Under the pieces are notes generated by a model, which was not told the origin of the DNA, searched no databases, and worked only from the letters and a program-made list of their open reading frames with translations. The translations under genes were made by a program, and so were the position numbers. Below, piece by piece: positions 18,474 through 28,762 of a stretch of DNA of 64,000 nucleotides; within the stretch, counting starts at the first letter, position 1; each line of letters starts with the position of its first letter. Source of the DNA: a virus; IMG/VR virus record IMGVR_UViG_3300027969_000046. One strand, written 5' to 3'.

Positions 18474-18754
18474 ACGATATCTCACTTAATATATTGAAAT
18501 GGATACATGATGATTGGAAATCTTACCCTCTACGCTTTACAATTGAACTATTGGCTTGGGCTGTCAGTATCGGATGCTCTCTCACAATGGCTCTCACAGT
18601 TCCGAATCCGCCCCTACTTGCCCTTTATCCGGTATGGATTTCTGGTTGTGCTATGTATTGTTGGGCTGCTTACACTCGTAAATCTTTTGGGATGGTTATT
18701 AATTACTTGCTACTTACTGCTATTGATACAGTTGGCTTAGTGAGAATGTTATGA
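18470..18754 (+). CDS. Small membrane protein
   Basis: About three hydrophobic segments; coupled overlaps. Confidence 0.65.
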   Translation: MNDISLNILKWIHDDWKSYPLRFTIELLAWAVSIGCSLTMALTVPNPPLLALYPVWISGCAMYCWAAYTRKSFGMVINYLLLTAIDTVGLVRML

Positions 18755-19128
18755 GTAATCCATTTGACTATGTAAATGCAATCCTTCAGAACAAAAAACA
18801 GATTATAGTTGATGAAATTACAGAGAAAGATTATGTACCATTTATGACTAATCGGTCTCTGTCTTACCATAAAGACTGTATAATCTACGCCAATGAGATG
18901 AATCAAAGGCACTTTCTCGACAAGAAGCTTCAAAACGACTTTTTACTAAATACCGTAAGGTCTGCAAAACGACCTTTCGCAAAGTGGGTTAAGTCTGAGA
19001 AAAGTGAAGATATAGAATGTGTGAAGATGGTCTATGGACTGTCAGATTCTAAAGCTCGTGAAGCTCTACGCCTACTTAGTGATGAACAAATCCAACAACT
19101 AAAAGAAAAAACCGAAACGGGTGGATAA
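18751..19128 (+). CDS. gp62: Clamp loader small subunit gp62
   Basis: YVPFMTNRSLS...ANEMN...KRPFAKW. Confidence 0.92.
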   Translation: MSNPFDYVNAILQNKKQIIVDEITEKDYVPFMTNRSLSYHKDCIIYANEMNQRHFLDKKLQNDFLLNTVRSAKRPFAKWVKSEKSEDIECVKMVYGLSDSKAREALRLLSDEQIQQLKEKTETGG

Positions 19129-19133
19129 ACATC

Positions 19134-19541
19134 ATGGTAGATTTAAGCAAGTTCGTTGAAGTAACTCTCAACGAGCAGGATGATTTTTTGAAGGTTCGTG
19201 AAACACTAACACGGATCGGTGTGTCATCACGCAAGGAACGAATTCTATACCAGTCTTGCCATATTTTACATAAGCAAGGCCATTATTATATCGTGCATTT
19301 TAAGGAACTGTTTGCTCTTGACGGCAAACCGGCCAATATATCAGAGAATGATATTCAAAGACGAAATGCAATTGCTAAGTTACTGGAAGAATGGGGTTTA
19401 ATTACAATTATTAATCCACAGATTATGATTGACAATATTGCACCATTACACCAGATTAAAATTATATCATTCAAAGAGAAACATGAATGGGAATTAGTAA
19501 CCAAATATAATATTGGTAAGAAGCCAGATTCATTGTATTGA
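19134..19541 (+). CDS. regA: Translational repressor RegA
   Basis: DDFLKVRETLTRIGV, LYQSCHILHKQG.YYIVHFKELFALDG. Confidence 0.96.
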   Translation: MVDLSKFVEVTLNEQDDFLKVRETLTRIGVSSRKERILYQSCHILHKQGHYYIVHFKELFALDGKPANISENDIQRRNAIAKLLEEWGLITIINPQIMIDNIAPLHQIKIISFKEKHEWELVTKYNIGKKPDSLY

Positions 19542-19622
19542 CTTCACCTTAGGACCGACTTATGGTACGAAGCGTTTTAAAGCGGACTTGACGTTACGAA
19601 ATCGCTGGATCCCGTAACCAGC
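19542..19622 (+). ncRNA. Candidate structured RNA of unknown family
   Basis: GC-richer intergenic stretch with four consecutive hairpins and loop-loop complementarity TTACG/CGTAA. Confidence 0.5.
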
Positions 19623-19688
19623 AAATCACGGTAACATTGTGGCATGATTGCCACATTTTGCCACTCCCTATGTTATAATGGTTGTATT

Positions 19689-20639
19689 ATGAAAATAGCT
19701 GTTTGTTCCGACCTTCACCTTGAATTTAAAACTATTGCCCTCACTAATGATGAAGGTGCGGATGTTCTTATTCTTTCAGGTGACATTTGCGTTGCTAAAG
19801 ATTTATTAGAAGTGGATAGTCCTGACTTGAAAGATAGTAGAGGTTCGGAAAAGAGCCGCCGTATCCATGATTTCTTTTATAATTGTTGCAACAACTTTCC
19901 TCATGTAATTTATATTGCTGGTAACCACGAGCATTATCATTACGATTTTAAATATACAATTTCTCATTTGAAGAAAATGTTAAAGTATTTGCCTAACTTG
20001 CAAATCTTGGATAAAGAAGTGTGGACATTACACGATGAAGTTACATTCATTGGTGGTACATTGTGGACTGATATGAATAAGGAAGATCCTTTGACATTGT
20101 TCCATGTTCAACAAAGAATGAATGACTTCCGTTGTGTAGATAATTCTAATCGTATGGTATCTCGCAAAGTTCCAATCTACGAAGAAAATCCGTTATACAC
20201 AGAAGATGGTAAAAACGGACCAAAATACACACAAGATGAAAAAGGTTTTCATAAGCAAATTGGTTTCAAACACAAAGAAAGCCCTTCTCGTTTTTGTCCT
20301 GAAGATGCGGTTGTAGACCATCGTAAGATGTTAGATTACATTAAAACTGTAACAGAGGGTCAACATAGCAGGAAGTTTGTTGTGGTTGGCCATCATACAC
20401 CAAGTCCTTTTAGTGTGCATCCAAAATATGCACATGATACTTTGATGAATGGTGCATATCATTCAGATTTGATGGACTTTATTTTAGATAGGCCACAGAT
20501 TAAACTCTGGACTCATGGACATACACATGAAGAATTTGATTACATGGTTGGCAGTACCAGAGTAGTTTGCAACCCTCGTGGTTATGCTGACTACGAAACG
20601 ATTGCTGATAATTTTAAACTGAAGTATTGGGAGATATAA
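19689..20639 (+). CDS. Calcineurin-like metallophosphoesterase
   Basis: SDLHLE, GDI, GNHEHY, HH.P, HGHTH, NPRGY. Confidence 0.9.
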   Translation: MKIAVCSDLHLEFKTIALTNDEGADVLILSGDICVAKDLLEVDSPDLKDSRGSEKSRRIHDFFYNCCNNFPHVIYIAGNHEHYHYDFKYTISHLKKMLKYLPNLQILDKEVWTLHDEVTFIGGTLWTDMNKEDPLTLFHVQQRMNDFRCVDNSNRMVSRKVPIYEENPLYTEDGKNGPKYTQDEKGFHKQIGFKHKESPSRFCPEDAVVDHRKMLDYIKTVTEGQHSRKFVVVGHHTPSPFSVHPKYAHDTLMNGAYHSDLMDFILDRPQIKLWTHGHTHEEFDYMVGSTRVVCNPRGYADYETIADNFKLKYWEI

Positions 20640-20818
20640 TGGTAAAAACAAACGGAACTTTTAAGTTGAGCAAAACAACTAAACGCAGAATGGCAACTAT
20701 GGTCAATGCTGACGATAGAAACCAATACAGGCGTATGATGATTGATGCTGAAGTAGCCGAAATCAAAGCTAAGTTAGCAAAGATTAAAACCAATAAGAAT
20801 GAAGCCAAAGTTTCTTAA
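20639..20818 (+). CDS. Small basic hypothetical protein
   Basis: GGAG RBS; overlaps neighbouring genes. Confidence 0.6.
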   Translation: MVKTNGTFKLSKTTKRRMATMVNADDRNQYRRMMIDAEVAEIKAKLAKIKTNKNEAKVS

Positions 20819-21260
20819 TGCTCATATGAAGGCGGCTGAGGTTTACTCTCAGCTGTCCTCTGCAAAAAGATTACAAGTTGGTTGTGTTGTTGTAAAAGAT
20901 AATACAATCATTGGTATTGGTTACAATGGTATGCCAAGTGGTTGGGATAATGATTGTGAGAAAAGGTCTTACATCAATATTGATCCTAAATGGCAATACT
21001 TAGATGAAGATGGCTCTACCTATTCATTAGTAACAAGGCCAGAAGTGCTTCATGCTGAAAGTAACTCTTTAGCAAAGATTGCTCGTAGTACCAATTCTAG
21101 TGAAGGTGCCTCGTTGTTTGTAACTCACGCACCTTGCCTTGATTGTGCTAAGTTGATGTATCAAGCTGGCATCAATAGTGTATATTATCGCAATTCATAC
21201 CGAGATAATTCTGGTGTGGATTTTTTAAAAGAATGTAACATTGAAGTAGAACAGATATGA
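20799..21260 (+). CDS. cd: dCMP deaminase
   Basis: GYNG.PSG, HAE, PCLDC zinc motifs. Confidence 0.92.
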   Translation: MKPKFLNAHMKAAEVYSQLSSAKRLQVGCVVVKDNTIIGIGYNGMPSGWDNDCEKRSYINIDPKWQYLDEDGSTYSLVTRPEVLHAESNSLAKIARSTNSSEGASLFVTHAPCLDCAKLMYQAGINSVYYRNSYRDNSGVDFLKECNIEVEQI

Positions 21261-21472
21261 AAACCCATACAAGCAAAGTTTTGGAGATTTGTGAGAATGG
21301 TGATGCTATCATCGAATTGCCTGATGACCTTATGGAAGAAATGGGTTGGAAAGTAGGCGATGTTTTAAGATATGAACTAAAAGATGAAAAAGTCTTTATT
21401 AAGAACATAAGTATAAATGATACAGATAAACATGGACAACAAGGAACTGATTCGGTTCCTAAACAGGATTAA
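21257..21472 (+). CDS. AbrB/MazE/SpoVT-like protein
   Basis: GDAIIELPDDLMEEMGWKVGDVL swapped-hairpin pattern. Confidence 0.65.
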   Translation: MKTHTSKVLEICENGDAIIELPDDLMEEMGWKVGDVLRYELKDEKVFIKNISINDTDKHGQQGTDSVPKQD

Positions 21473-21553
21473 GGTTAGATTACCTTATACAAATACTCAG
21501 CTAAGAGCTGAGATTGAAGCATTGATAGAACGATTGAAAATAGGACAGTAATT

Positions 21554-22015
21554 ATGTTAGTATTACCTGATGAAATGGTTGGTCGTCCAATAGGATTTAC
21601 TTGTTCGACTTTTGACTTGTTACACGCTGGGCATATTCTTATGCTTGCAGAGTGTAAGCAATTAGTGGATTATTTAATTGTTGGTATACAAACAGACCCA
21701 ACAATTGACCGACCAGAAGTCAAAAACAAACCAGTCCAATCCATTGTTGAACGCTATGTTCAATTAACAGCTGTAAAATTCGTAGATGAAATCATTGTCT
21801 ATGATACAGAAAAAGACCTAGAAGATTTGCTTATGTTCTTGCCTATTACTATGCGTATATGTGGTGAAGAATATAAAGAAAGGCATTTGACAGGTCGTGA
21901 TATCTGTGATAGTCGTGGTATTAAAACATACTACAACTCTCGCACTCATCGGTTTAGTTCTTCCGAGTTAAGACAAAGAACTTATCAATCTGAATTAAGT
22001 AAGGTAACAAAATGA
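21554..22015 (+). CDS. Cytidylyltransferase (TagD-like)
   Basis: STFDLLHAGH (HxGH), R.HRFSSSELR. Confidence 0.88.
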   Translation: MLVLPDEMVGRPIGFTCSTFDLLHAGHILMLAECKQLVDYLIVGIQTDPTIDRPEVKNKPVQSIVERYVQLTAVKFVDEIIVYDTEKDLEDLLMFLPITMRICGEEYKERHLTGRDICDSRGIKTYYNSRTHRFSSSELRQRTYQSELSKVTK

Positions 22016-22236
22016 ATATTCGTGAGGTAGCGAAGAAATTGGCAATTGACAACAAATTGCCCCGTGCAGACAAGTATGACTTGTTTCTCCGTGAGTTCGA
22101 CAATATGGTTGAGCTTGTTGGTTTTATTCAAGACCCAACCGCTGACATGAACGACTATCGTGGTCGTGAGATGTTATTTCCAAAACGCTGGGTAACACTA
22201 GCAGTATTTCATCCAAGTGAGAAAGTAAATGTATAG
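22012..22236 (+). CDS. Hypothetical protein
   Basis: Coupled ORF. Confidence 0.6.
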   Translation: MNIREVAKKLAIDNKLPRADKYDLFLREFDNMVELVGFIQDPTADMNDYRGREMLFPKRWVTLAVFHPSEKVNV

Positions 22237-22355
22237 AGTATTTTTTTACCTCAATGGTAGTTCAGCTGTTGCTGCTAGGGAGTTTCCCGAGCTCAAAGAA
22301 GCTACTGAATTTGCCAATAACCAACCAATTAATTCAATTTTAGAAATTAAACATT

Positions 22356-22667
22356 ATGCCGATAAAACTAGTGACCTTCAAGACTAACCACACCATTATG
22401 GGTGATGTTACAGAATCACCAGTAGATTCTAATATTATGGTAAAACAACCGGTACAAGTTGTATCTGTGCCACCTCGGTCAGCAACGGATCCAGGTAGTG
22501 TTGCGTTTTCACCATTCTTAGAATATGCGGACGAATTCAAAACAGGATTCAAAATCCATAGTTCTGACATTTTAATTATTTCAACACCTGTAAGAGAATT
22601 AGAGAATCAATACAATCAAATTTTCGGTAGTGGTATTCAAATTGCCTCAGCCATTCCTAAAATCTGA
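22356..22667 (+). CDS. Conserved hypothetical protein upstream of gp43
   Basis: IKLVTFKTNHTIMG...LENQYNQIFGSGI. Confidence 0.7.
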   Translation: MPIKLVTFKTNHTIMGDVTESPVDSNIMVKQPVQVVSVPPRSATDPGSVAFSPFLEYADEFKTGFKIHSSDILIISTPVRELENQYNQIFGSGIQIASAIPKI

Positions 22668-22679
22668 TATAATGTATGA

Positions 22680-25214
22680 ATGACTAATTACTACACTAAT
22701 GTTGCCTCAGTAGGCAACAACATTCTCTATCGTGGTATTAAGAACGGCAGGCGAGTTAAACTGAAAATCGGTTACTCGCCTACTTTGTTTTTGCCTTCAA
22801 AGAAACCAACTCAATTCAAATCGCTTGAAGGTGAATATCTTGAACCAATGAAGTTCGAAAACATCCGTGAGGCTCGTGATTTCGTTAAGAGATATGAAGA
22901 AGTATCCAATTTCAAAATCTATGGTCAAACTCGTTATGAATATGCCTTCATCGCTGATGAGAACAAAGGCATGGTTGACTGGAACATGGATGATATCTCT
23001 GTTGCCATTTGTGATATCGAAGTTGGTTCAGAGAATGGTTTTCCTGACCCATATCAAGCAAACGAACCAATCACCGCAATCTGTGTCACCTTTTTAAAAG
23101 GTGCAACAACTGTATTTGGTTGTGGTGACTATGTTGTTCAAGGTGATGAAACATACATCAAGTGTTCTGATGAAACAGAATTGTGTAAAAGATTCTTGGC
23201 CTTCTGGCAAGAAAATTATCCTGATGTGTTGTCTGGTTGGAATACAAAGTTCTTTGATATACCATATCTTGTAAATCGTTTTCGTAGAATTCTTGGCGAA
23301 GAAGAAACTAAGAAGTTATCTCCATGGAATATGATTGGTGAACGCAAGGCTGTTGTAAACAACCGTGAGTTGATTGCATATGATATGGTCGGTGTATCAT
23401 CACTAGACTACATCGAACTATACAGATGGTATGCGCCAGGTGGCAAATCACAAGAATCATATAAACTAGATAACATCGCCAATGTGGAACTCGGTGACAG
23501 TAAATTATCGTATGATGAGTTTGATAACTTACACGCATTGTACCGTGAAAACTTCCAAAAGTTTATTGAGTATAACATCAAAGACGTTGACCTCATTGTG
23601 CGAATGGAAGAAAAGTTAAAACTAATCGAACTTGGTTTGACTTTGGCATTTGATACAAAGACCAACTTTGAAGATATCTTTGCACAAACTCGTATGTGGG
23701 ATTCAATGACATATGCTTATCTGTTAGAGAAAGGCATTGTTGTTCCACCTAAAGTTGTGCAGAACAAAACATCGGCATTCGAAGGCGCCTATGTTAAAGA
23801 CCCACAAGTTGGCCAACATAAATGGGTTGCTTCGTTTGACTTAAACAGTCTGTATCCGCATTTGATGATGCAATACAATATTTCACCTGAAACATTGGTT
23901 CAAACAGAAGATTACACCGATGAAATGCGTAACATTATTATGAAAGGTGTTTCTGTTGAGAAGATGCTAGATAGAGGTGTTGACTTATCTAATCTGCAAG
24001 GTGCAACTATCACACCTAATGGCCAATTCTTCCGAACAGATAAGAAAGGCTTCTTCCCTCAAATGTTGGAAGATATGTATATTGACCGAAGTAAGTTTAA
24101 GAAGTTGATGTTGAAGGCCAAACAAGACTATGAAAATGAATCTGACCCAATTAAACGCAAAGAGATTAAGAACCTTGTTTCTCGTTATGACAATCTACAA
24201 CTAGCAAAGAAAGTTTCTCTAAACTCCGCTTACGGCGCTCTTGGTTCACAATACTTCCGTTTCTATGACCTGCGACAGGCACTTGCAGTTACTACTGCTG
24301 GTCAATTATCTATTCGTTGGATTGAAGCAAAGATTAATTCTTGGATGAATAAGATTCTGAATACAACAGGCAAAGACTATGTTATTGCTTCTGATACAGA
24401 TTCGATTTATCTCCGTATGGGTGAGTTGGTTGATAAGTTTATTAAAGACCAATCAGACAAACAAAAAGTAATCTCACTCATGGATAAAATCTGTGAAGAA
24501 AAGCTTCAACCATTCATCGATGAATCGTATGATGAGTTGGCACAATATGTTCATGCCTATGCTCAGAAGATGGTAATGAAGCGTGAAGGTCTTTCTGACA
24601 AAGGTATTTGGACTGCCAAGAAACGATACATTCTTAATGTGTATAACAACGAAGGTGTGCAGTATAAACAACCACAAATGAAAGTGATGGGTCTTGAAAT
24701 GGTCAAGTCATCTACACCGAGTGCTATTCGGCAGAAGATGAAAGAATCAATTAAGATTATGTTGCAAGGCACAGAAGATGATATTCACAACTTTATTGCT
24801 GAGTTCAAGGCTGAGTTCAACTCATTACCGCCAGAAGAAATTAGTTTCCCTCGTGGTCTAAATGGTCTGAAAGAATATTCTGATAGAGTTACCATGTATA
24901 AAAAAGGCACACCGATTCATGTCAAAGGTGCTATCCTATATAATCATTACCTGCAACAATTAGGTTTAACTAAACAATACCCATTGATTCAAAATGGCGA
25001 GAAGTTGAAGTTTACTTATTTAAAACAACCAAATCCATTTAAAGATATGGTCATATCGTATCCAGTTCGGTTGCCAAAAGAGTTCGGCATCCATGAGTTC
25101 ATTGATTACGATATGCAATTCAACAAAGCTTTCTTAGAACCAATCAAAGTGATTTTAGATTGTATGGGTTGGACTACTGAGAAATCTTCTTCACTAGAGG
25201 ACTTTTTCGGATGA
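22680..25214 (+). CDS. gp43: Family B DNA polymerase gp43
   Basis: DIEV exonuclease motif, SFDLNSLYP, KVSLNSAYG, DTDS. Confidence 0.98.
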   Translation: MTNYYTNVASVGNNILYRGIKNGRRVKLKIGYSPTLFLPSKKPTQFKSLEGEYLEPMKFENIREARDFVKRYEEVSNFKIYGQTRYEYAFIADENKGMVDWNMDDISVAICDIEVGSENGFPDPYQANEPITAICVTFLKGATTVFGCGDYVVQGDETYIKCSDETELCKRFLAFWQENYPDVLSGWNTKFFDIPYLVNRFRRILGEEETKKLSPWNMIGERKAVVNNRELIAYDMVGVSSLDYIELYRWYAPGGKSQESYKLDNIANVELGDSKLSYDEFDNLHALYRENFQKFIEYNIKDVDLIVRMEEKLKLIELGLTLAFDTKTNFEDIFAQTRMWDSMTYAYLLEKGIVVPPKVVQNKTSAFEGAYVKDPQVGQHKWVASFDLNSLYPHLMMQYNISPETLVQTEDYTDEMRNIIMKGVSVEKMLDRGVDLSNLQGATITPNGQFFRTDKKGFFPQMLEDMYIDRSKFKKLMLKAKQDYENESDPIKRKEIKNLVSRYDNLQLAKKVSLNSAYGALGSQYFRFYDLRQALAVTTAGQLSIRWIEAKINSWMNKILNTTGKDYVIASDTDSIYLRMGELVDKFIKDQSDKQKVISLMDKICEEKLQPFIDESYDELAQYVHAYAQKMVMKREGLSDKGIWTAKKRYILNVYNNEGVQYKQPQMKVMGLEMVKSSTPSAIRQKMKESIKIMLQGTEDDIHNFIAEFKAEFNSLPPEEISFPRGLNGLKEYSDRVTMYKKGTPIHVKGAILYNHYLQQLGLTKQYPLIQNGEKLKFTYLKQPNPFKDMVISYPVRLPKEFGIHEFIDYDMQFNKAFLEPIKVILDCMGWTTEKSSSLEDFFG

Positions 25215-26044
25215 TACAAGCATTATTTCCGTTTATTACCGCAATAGCCTTATCAGCGATAGCAGCGTTTTATTCGGTGATAGGACTTGCACAAATATTT
25301 CCTGGCTCATTTTGGCCAATCATACTAATGGGTTCAATTCTTGAGCTTGCAAAGTTAGTAACAGTATCTTGGCTATATAACAATTGGGAAGAAACCAATC
25401 GCTTGATGAAATATTATTTTTCAATAGCAATTATTCTTTTAATGGCAATTACAAGTATGGGTATTTTTGGTTACCTATCAAGAGCTCATATTGAATCTAA
25501 TGTGGTTGTTGGTGCTAATACAGTTCAACTAAAGACCATTGAAACACAAGAGAAGATTGCTAAAGAAAGATTAGATTATCTACTAGCAAGAGCAAAAGAC
25601 CCATCTACTGCTAGTAATAAACTAGACAAACAAATCCAAGAAACGCAGGCGGATTTAACTAGGTTAACCAAAGAAAAGTTGCCTTTAATGGCAGAAGAAA
25701 ATAAGTTGACGGCAGAGATTGGTCCAATTAAGTATATCGCCGAGATTTTCTATGACAGAGAAGATACCGGCTTCATAGATAAAGCTGTAAGATTAGTTAT
25801 CTTCACCATCATTATAGTATTCGACCCACTTGCTGTGCTTCTATTGATTGCCTCTAATCAAACCTACAAAAGAATAAAAGCGGCAGAACTGGTACCAATT
25901 GAACCTTTTAAGAAAAAGGCAAAGAAGAAAAAAGTGGTTGACAATGACACCACTAATAGTTTAGAATCCTTTTATGTAGATGGCGAAATGCATGAAATGA
26001 TACCGAAAAACAAAATAACAACCCTTGACGGAGGCTCCTTTTAA
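25211..26044 (+). CDS. Membrane protein with coiled coil
   Basis: Three N-terminal TM segments, coiled coil, IIIVFDPLAVLLLIA. Confidence 0.7.
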   Translation: MIQALFPFITAIALSAIAAFYSVIGLAQIFPGSFWPIILMGSILELAKLVTVSWLYNNWEETNRLMKYYFSIAIILLMAITSMGIFGYLSRAHIESNVVVGANTVQLKTIETQEKIAKERLDYLLARAKDPSTASNKLDKQIQETQADLTRLTKEKLPLMAEENKLTAEIGPIKYIAEIFYDREDTGFIDKAVRLVIFTIIIVFDPLAVLLLIASNQTYKRIKAAELVPIEPFKKKAKKKKVVDNDTTNSLESFYVDGEMHEMIPKNKITTLDGGSF

Positions 26045-26045
26045 T

Positions 26046-27110
26046 ATGAGTTTAATGGATAAAATTAAAAAGAATTCAACGATTAAAGATAGTGCGATTC
26101 TATCCAAATCTAAATTCTTTACAGATAAAGATATGGTACCAACTGATGTGCCCATGATTAATGTGGCACTTAGTGGTAAGTTAGACGGCGGAATTATTCC
26201 TGGTCTAACAATGTGGGCTGGTCCGTCTAAACACTTTAAGACTGCCTTCTCATTATTGATGGCAAAAGCTTACATGGACAAATATCCAGAGGCCGTATTG
26301 TTGTTCTATGATTCAGAATTCGGAACACCTATCAAGTATTTCGAAACTTTTGGCATCGACATGGAGAGAGTCCTGCATACGCCATTGACTGATATTGAAC
26401 AGTTGAAGTTTGACATTATGCAACAGTTACAAGATGTAAATCGTGGTGATAAGCTAATGATTATCCTTGATTCAATCGGTAACTTGGCAAGTAAGAAAGA
26501 AGTTGATGATGCTCTTGACGGCAAATCAGTTGCCGATATGAGCCGTGCTAAACAAGTTAAGAGTTTGTTCCGTATGGTAACACCACACTTAAACCTTAAA
26601 GATATTTCAATGGTAGTTGTGAATCATACTTACAAAGAAATTGGTATGTTCCCTAAAGATATTGTTGGTGGTGGCACAGGTTCTTATTACTCAGCTGACA
26701 ACATCTTTATTCTTGGCCGTCAACAAGAAAAGACTGGCACAGAAGTTACTGGTTACAACTTCATCATCAATGTGGAGAAATCTCGTTACACTAAAGAGAA
26801 ATCAAAGATTCCAATTGCAGTATCATTTGATGGTGGTATTCAAAAGTATTCTGGTATCGTTGATATTGCCATTGAAGGTGGCTTTGTATCTAAACCAAGT
26901 CCAGGCTGGTATGCAAAGATTGATTTGGATACTGGTGAAGTCCTTGACAAAGTTCGCTTTGATGCTACACAGACAGATGAGTTTATGTTACCTCTATTGA
27001 AGTCTGCAAAGTTCAAAGAATATGTAAATCAAAAATATGGAATAGCTTATGGAAACATTATGGGAGAAAGTAACCCAATTCTTTTACAAGAAGAAGAAGA
27101 TGCCGCTTGA
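26046..27110 (+). CDS. uvsX: RecA-like recombinase UvsX
   Basis: AGPSKHFKT, FYDSEFG, DSIGNLAS, GGGTG..YSAD. Confidence 0.96.
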   Translation: MSLMDKIKKNSTIKDSAILSKSKFFTDKDMVPTDVPMINVALSGKLDGGIIPGLTMWAGPSKHFKTAFSLLMAKAYMDKYPEAVLLFYDSEFGTPIKYFETFGIDMERVLHTPLTDIEQLKFDIMQQLQDVNRGDKLMIILDSIGNLASKKEVDDALDGKSVADMSRAKQVKSLFRMVTPHLNLKDISMVVVNHTYKEIGMFPKDIVGGGTGSYYSADNIFILGRQQEKTGTEVTGYNFIINVEKSRYTKEKSKIPIAVSFDGGIQKYSGIVDIAIEGGFVSKPSPGWYAKIDLDTGEVLDKVRFDATQTDEFMLPLLKSAKFKEYVNQKYGIAYGNIMGESNPILLQEEEDAA

Positions 27111-27411
27111 AGGTGAAGATTACAGATTTATAGACTTTACTGATTCAGAATTAACCGGCATACAAATCATTAAAGGTGAGTATGCTGGTGTAGTTTACCA
27201 TTATGGTAAAGTCCGTGTCAAAGAGCAAGGTGAAATGGGAGTGTTAGAATTCGGTTATACTACTGTTAATCCTGGTAAACACAACATAGACGCCTTGCAA
27301 AATGATGATGAATTTGTTACAATCATGGGTGATATCCTTACTGAAATATTAACAAGACAGGCAAATGAAACGATTAGAAAAGACGATACTGAAGAATTTG
27401 ATATACAATGA
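27100..27411 (+). CDS. Hypothetical protein between uvsX and gp41
   Basis: Overlaps both neighbours; occupies the position of T4 gp40. Confidence 0.65.
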   Translation: MPLEGEDYRFIDFTDSELTGIQIIKGEYAGVVYHYGKVRVKEQGEMGVLEFGYTTVNPGKHNIDALQNDDEFVTIMGDILTEILTRQANETIRKDDTEEFDIQ

Positions 27412-28762
27412 AGAATATGCTCGTAAGGTTATTCCATTCATTCGACCAGATTATTTCTCAGATGTAAACGAAAAGAATATTTTTAAAGAAGTCCAAGACT
27501 TCGCAAACAAATATAAGACTTTACCTACACACGAAGCTCTTGTAATCAATTTCACCGAAAGCAAATCGCTGACCGAACCAGAAGTTAGGTCGGCGATTGC
27601 CATTTTGGATGAGATACATGATGACAAAGACCCAAGTGAAGCACAATGGCTGATTGAGCAAACTGAGAAGTTCTGCCAAGATAAAGCCATCTATAACGGT
27701 ATCATGGAAGCAGTTTCTATCCTTGATGACAAAACACACACAAAAGGCAAAGGCGAAATCCCTAAGATTTTAAGTGATGCTCTTTCTGTATCATTCGACA
27801 ACTCTGTTGGCCATGATTATATGCAAGATAGTGATTCACGGTATGACTTCTATCACCGTGTTGAATCTAGGGTTCGTTTTGACCTTGACCTATTCAATAA
27901 GATTACTAAAGGTGGTTTTCCAATAAAGACATTGAATGTCGCTTTGGCTGGAACTGGTGTTGGTAAATCTTTGTTTATGTGCCATTGTTCTGCTAGTTCT
28001 ATTGCTCAAGGTCATAATGTATTGTATATCACAATGGAGATGGCAGAAGAAAAGATTGCTGAGCGTATTGATGCCAATCTATTGAACATTGACTTGAATG
28101 AATTACAAACAATTAGTAAAGATGATTATGCTCGCAAGTTTGATGTGTTGAAGAACAAGACACAAGGCAAGTTAATCATCAAAGAATATCCAACGGCAGC
28201 TGCACACGCAGGCCATTTCCGTGCCTTGTTGAATGAGTTGAAATTGAAGAAGAACTTTACACCAGATATTATCTTTATTGACTATCTGAATATCTGTTGC
28301 TCAAGTAGAATTAAAATGGGTGCAAGTATCAATTCATATGCCTACATCAAGTCTATTGCTGAAGAACTCCGTGGTTTGGCTGTAGAGTTTGGTGTGCCAG
28401 TTGTAACTGCGACACAAACAACAAGAAGTGGTTTCAGTAACACCGATGTGGGACTTGAAGATACTTCTGAATCGTTTGGTCTGCCTGCAACTGCCGACTT
28501 TATGTTTGCTTTGATTTCTACTGAAGAACTTGAACAGTTGAATCAGATTATGGTTAAACAATTGAAGAATCGTTATGGCGACCCTAATCTATATAAACGA
28601 TTTGTGATTGGTGTTGACCGTTCTAAGATGAGATTGTATGATGCTGAACAATCGGCTCAGAATGATATTGTTGATAGTGGTCAAGAAGATGATAAACCAT
28701 TGAATACTTTTGGTAATAGAGAAAGAAAATTCAATAATAAATTTGAAGGAATTAAAATATAA
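27365..28762 (+). CDS. gp41: Replicative helicase gp41
   Basis: AGTGVGKS, IDYLNIC, TATQTTR, SESFGLPATAD, KQLKNRY. Confidence 0.97.
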   Translation: MKRLEKTILKNLIYNEEYARKVIPFIRPDYFSDVNEKNIFKEVQDFANKYKTLPTHEALVINFTESKSLTEPEVRSAIAILDEIHDDKDPSEAQWLIEQTEKFCQDKAIYNGIMEAVSILDDKTHTKGKGEIPKILSDALSVSFDNSVGHDYMQDSDSRYDFYHRVESRVRFDLDLFNKITKGGFPIKTLNVALAGTGVGKSLFMCHCSASSIAQGHNVLYITMEMAEEKIAERIDANLLNIDLNELQTISKDDYARKFDVLKNKTQGKLIIKEYPTAAAHAGHFRALLNELKLKKNFTPDIIFIDYLNICCSSRIKMGASINSYAYIKSIAEELRGLAVEFGVPVVTATQTTRSGFSNTDVGLEDTSESFGLPATADFMFALISTEELEQLNQIMVKQLKNRYGDPNLYKRFVIGVDRSKMRLYDAEQSAQNDIVDSGQEDDKPLNTFGNRERKFNNKFEGIKI

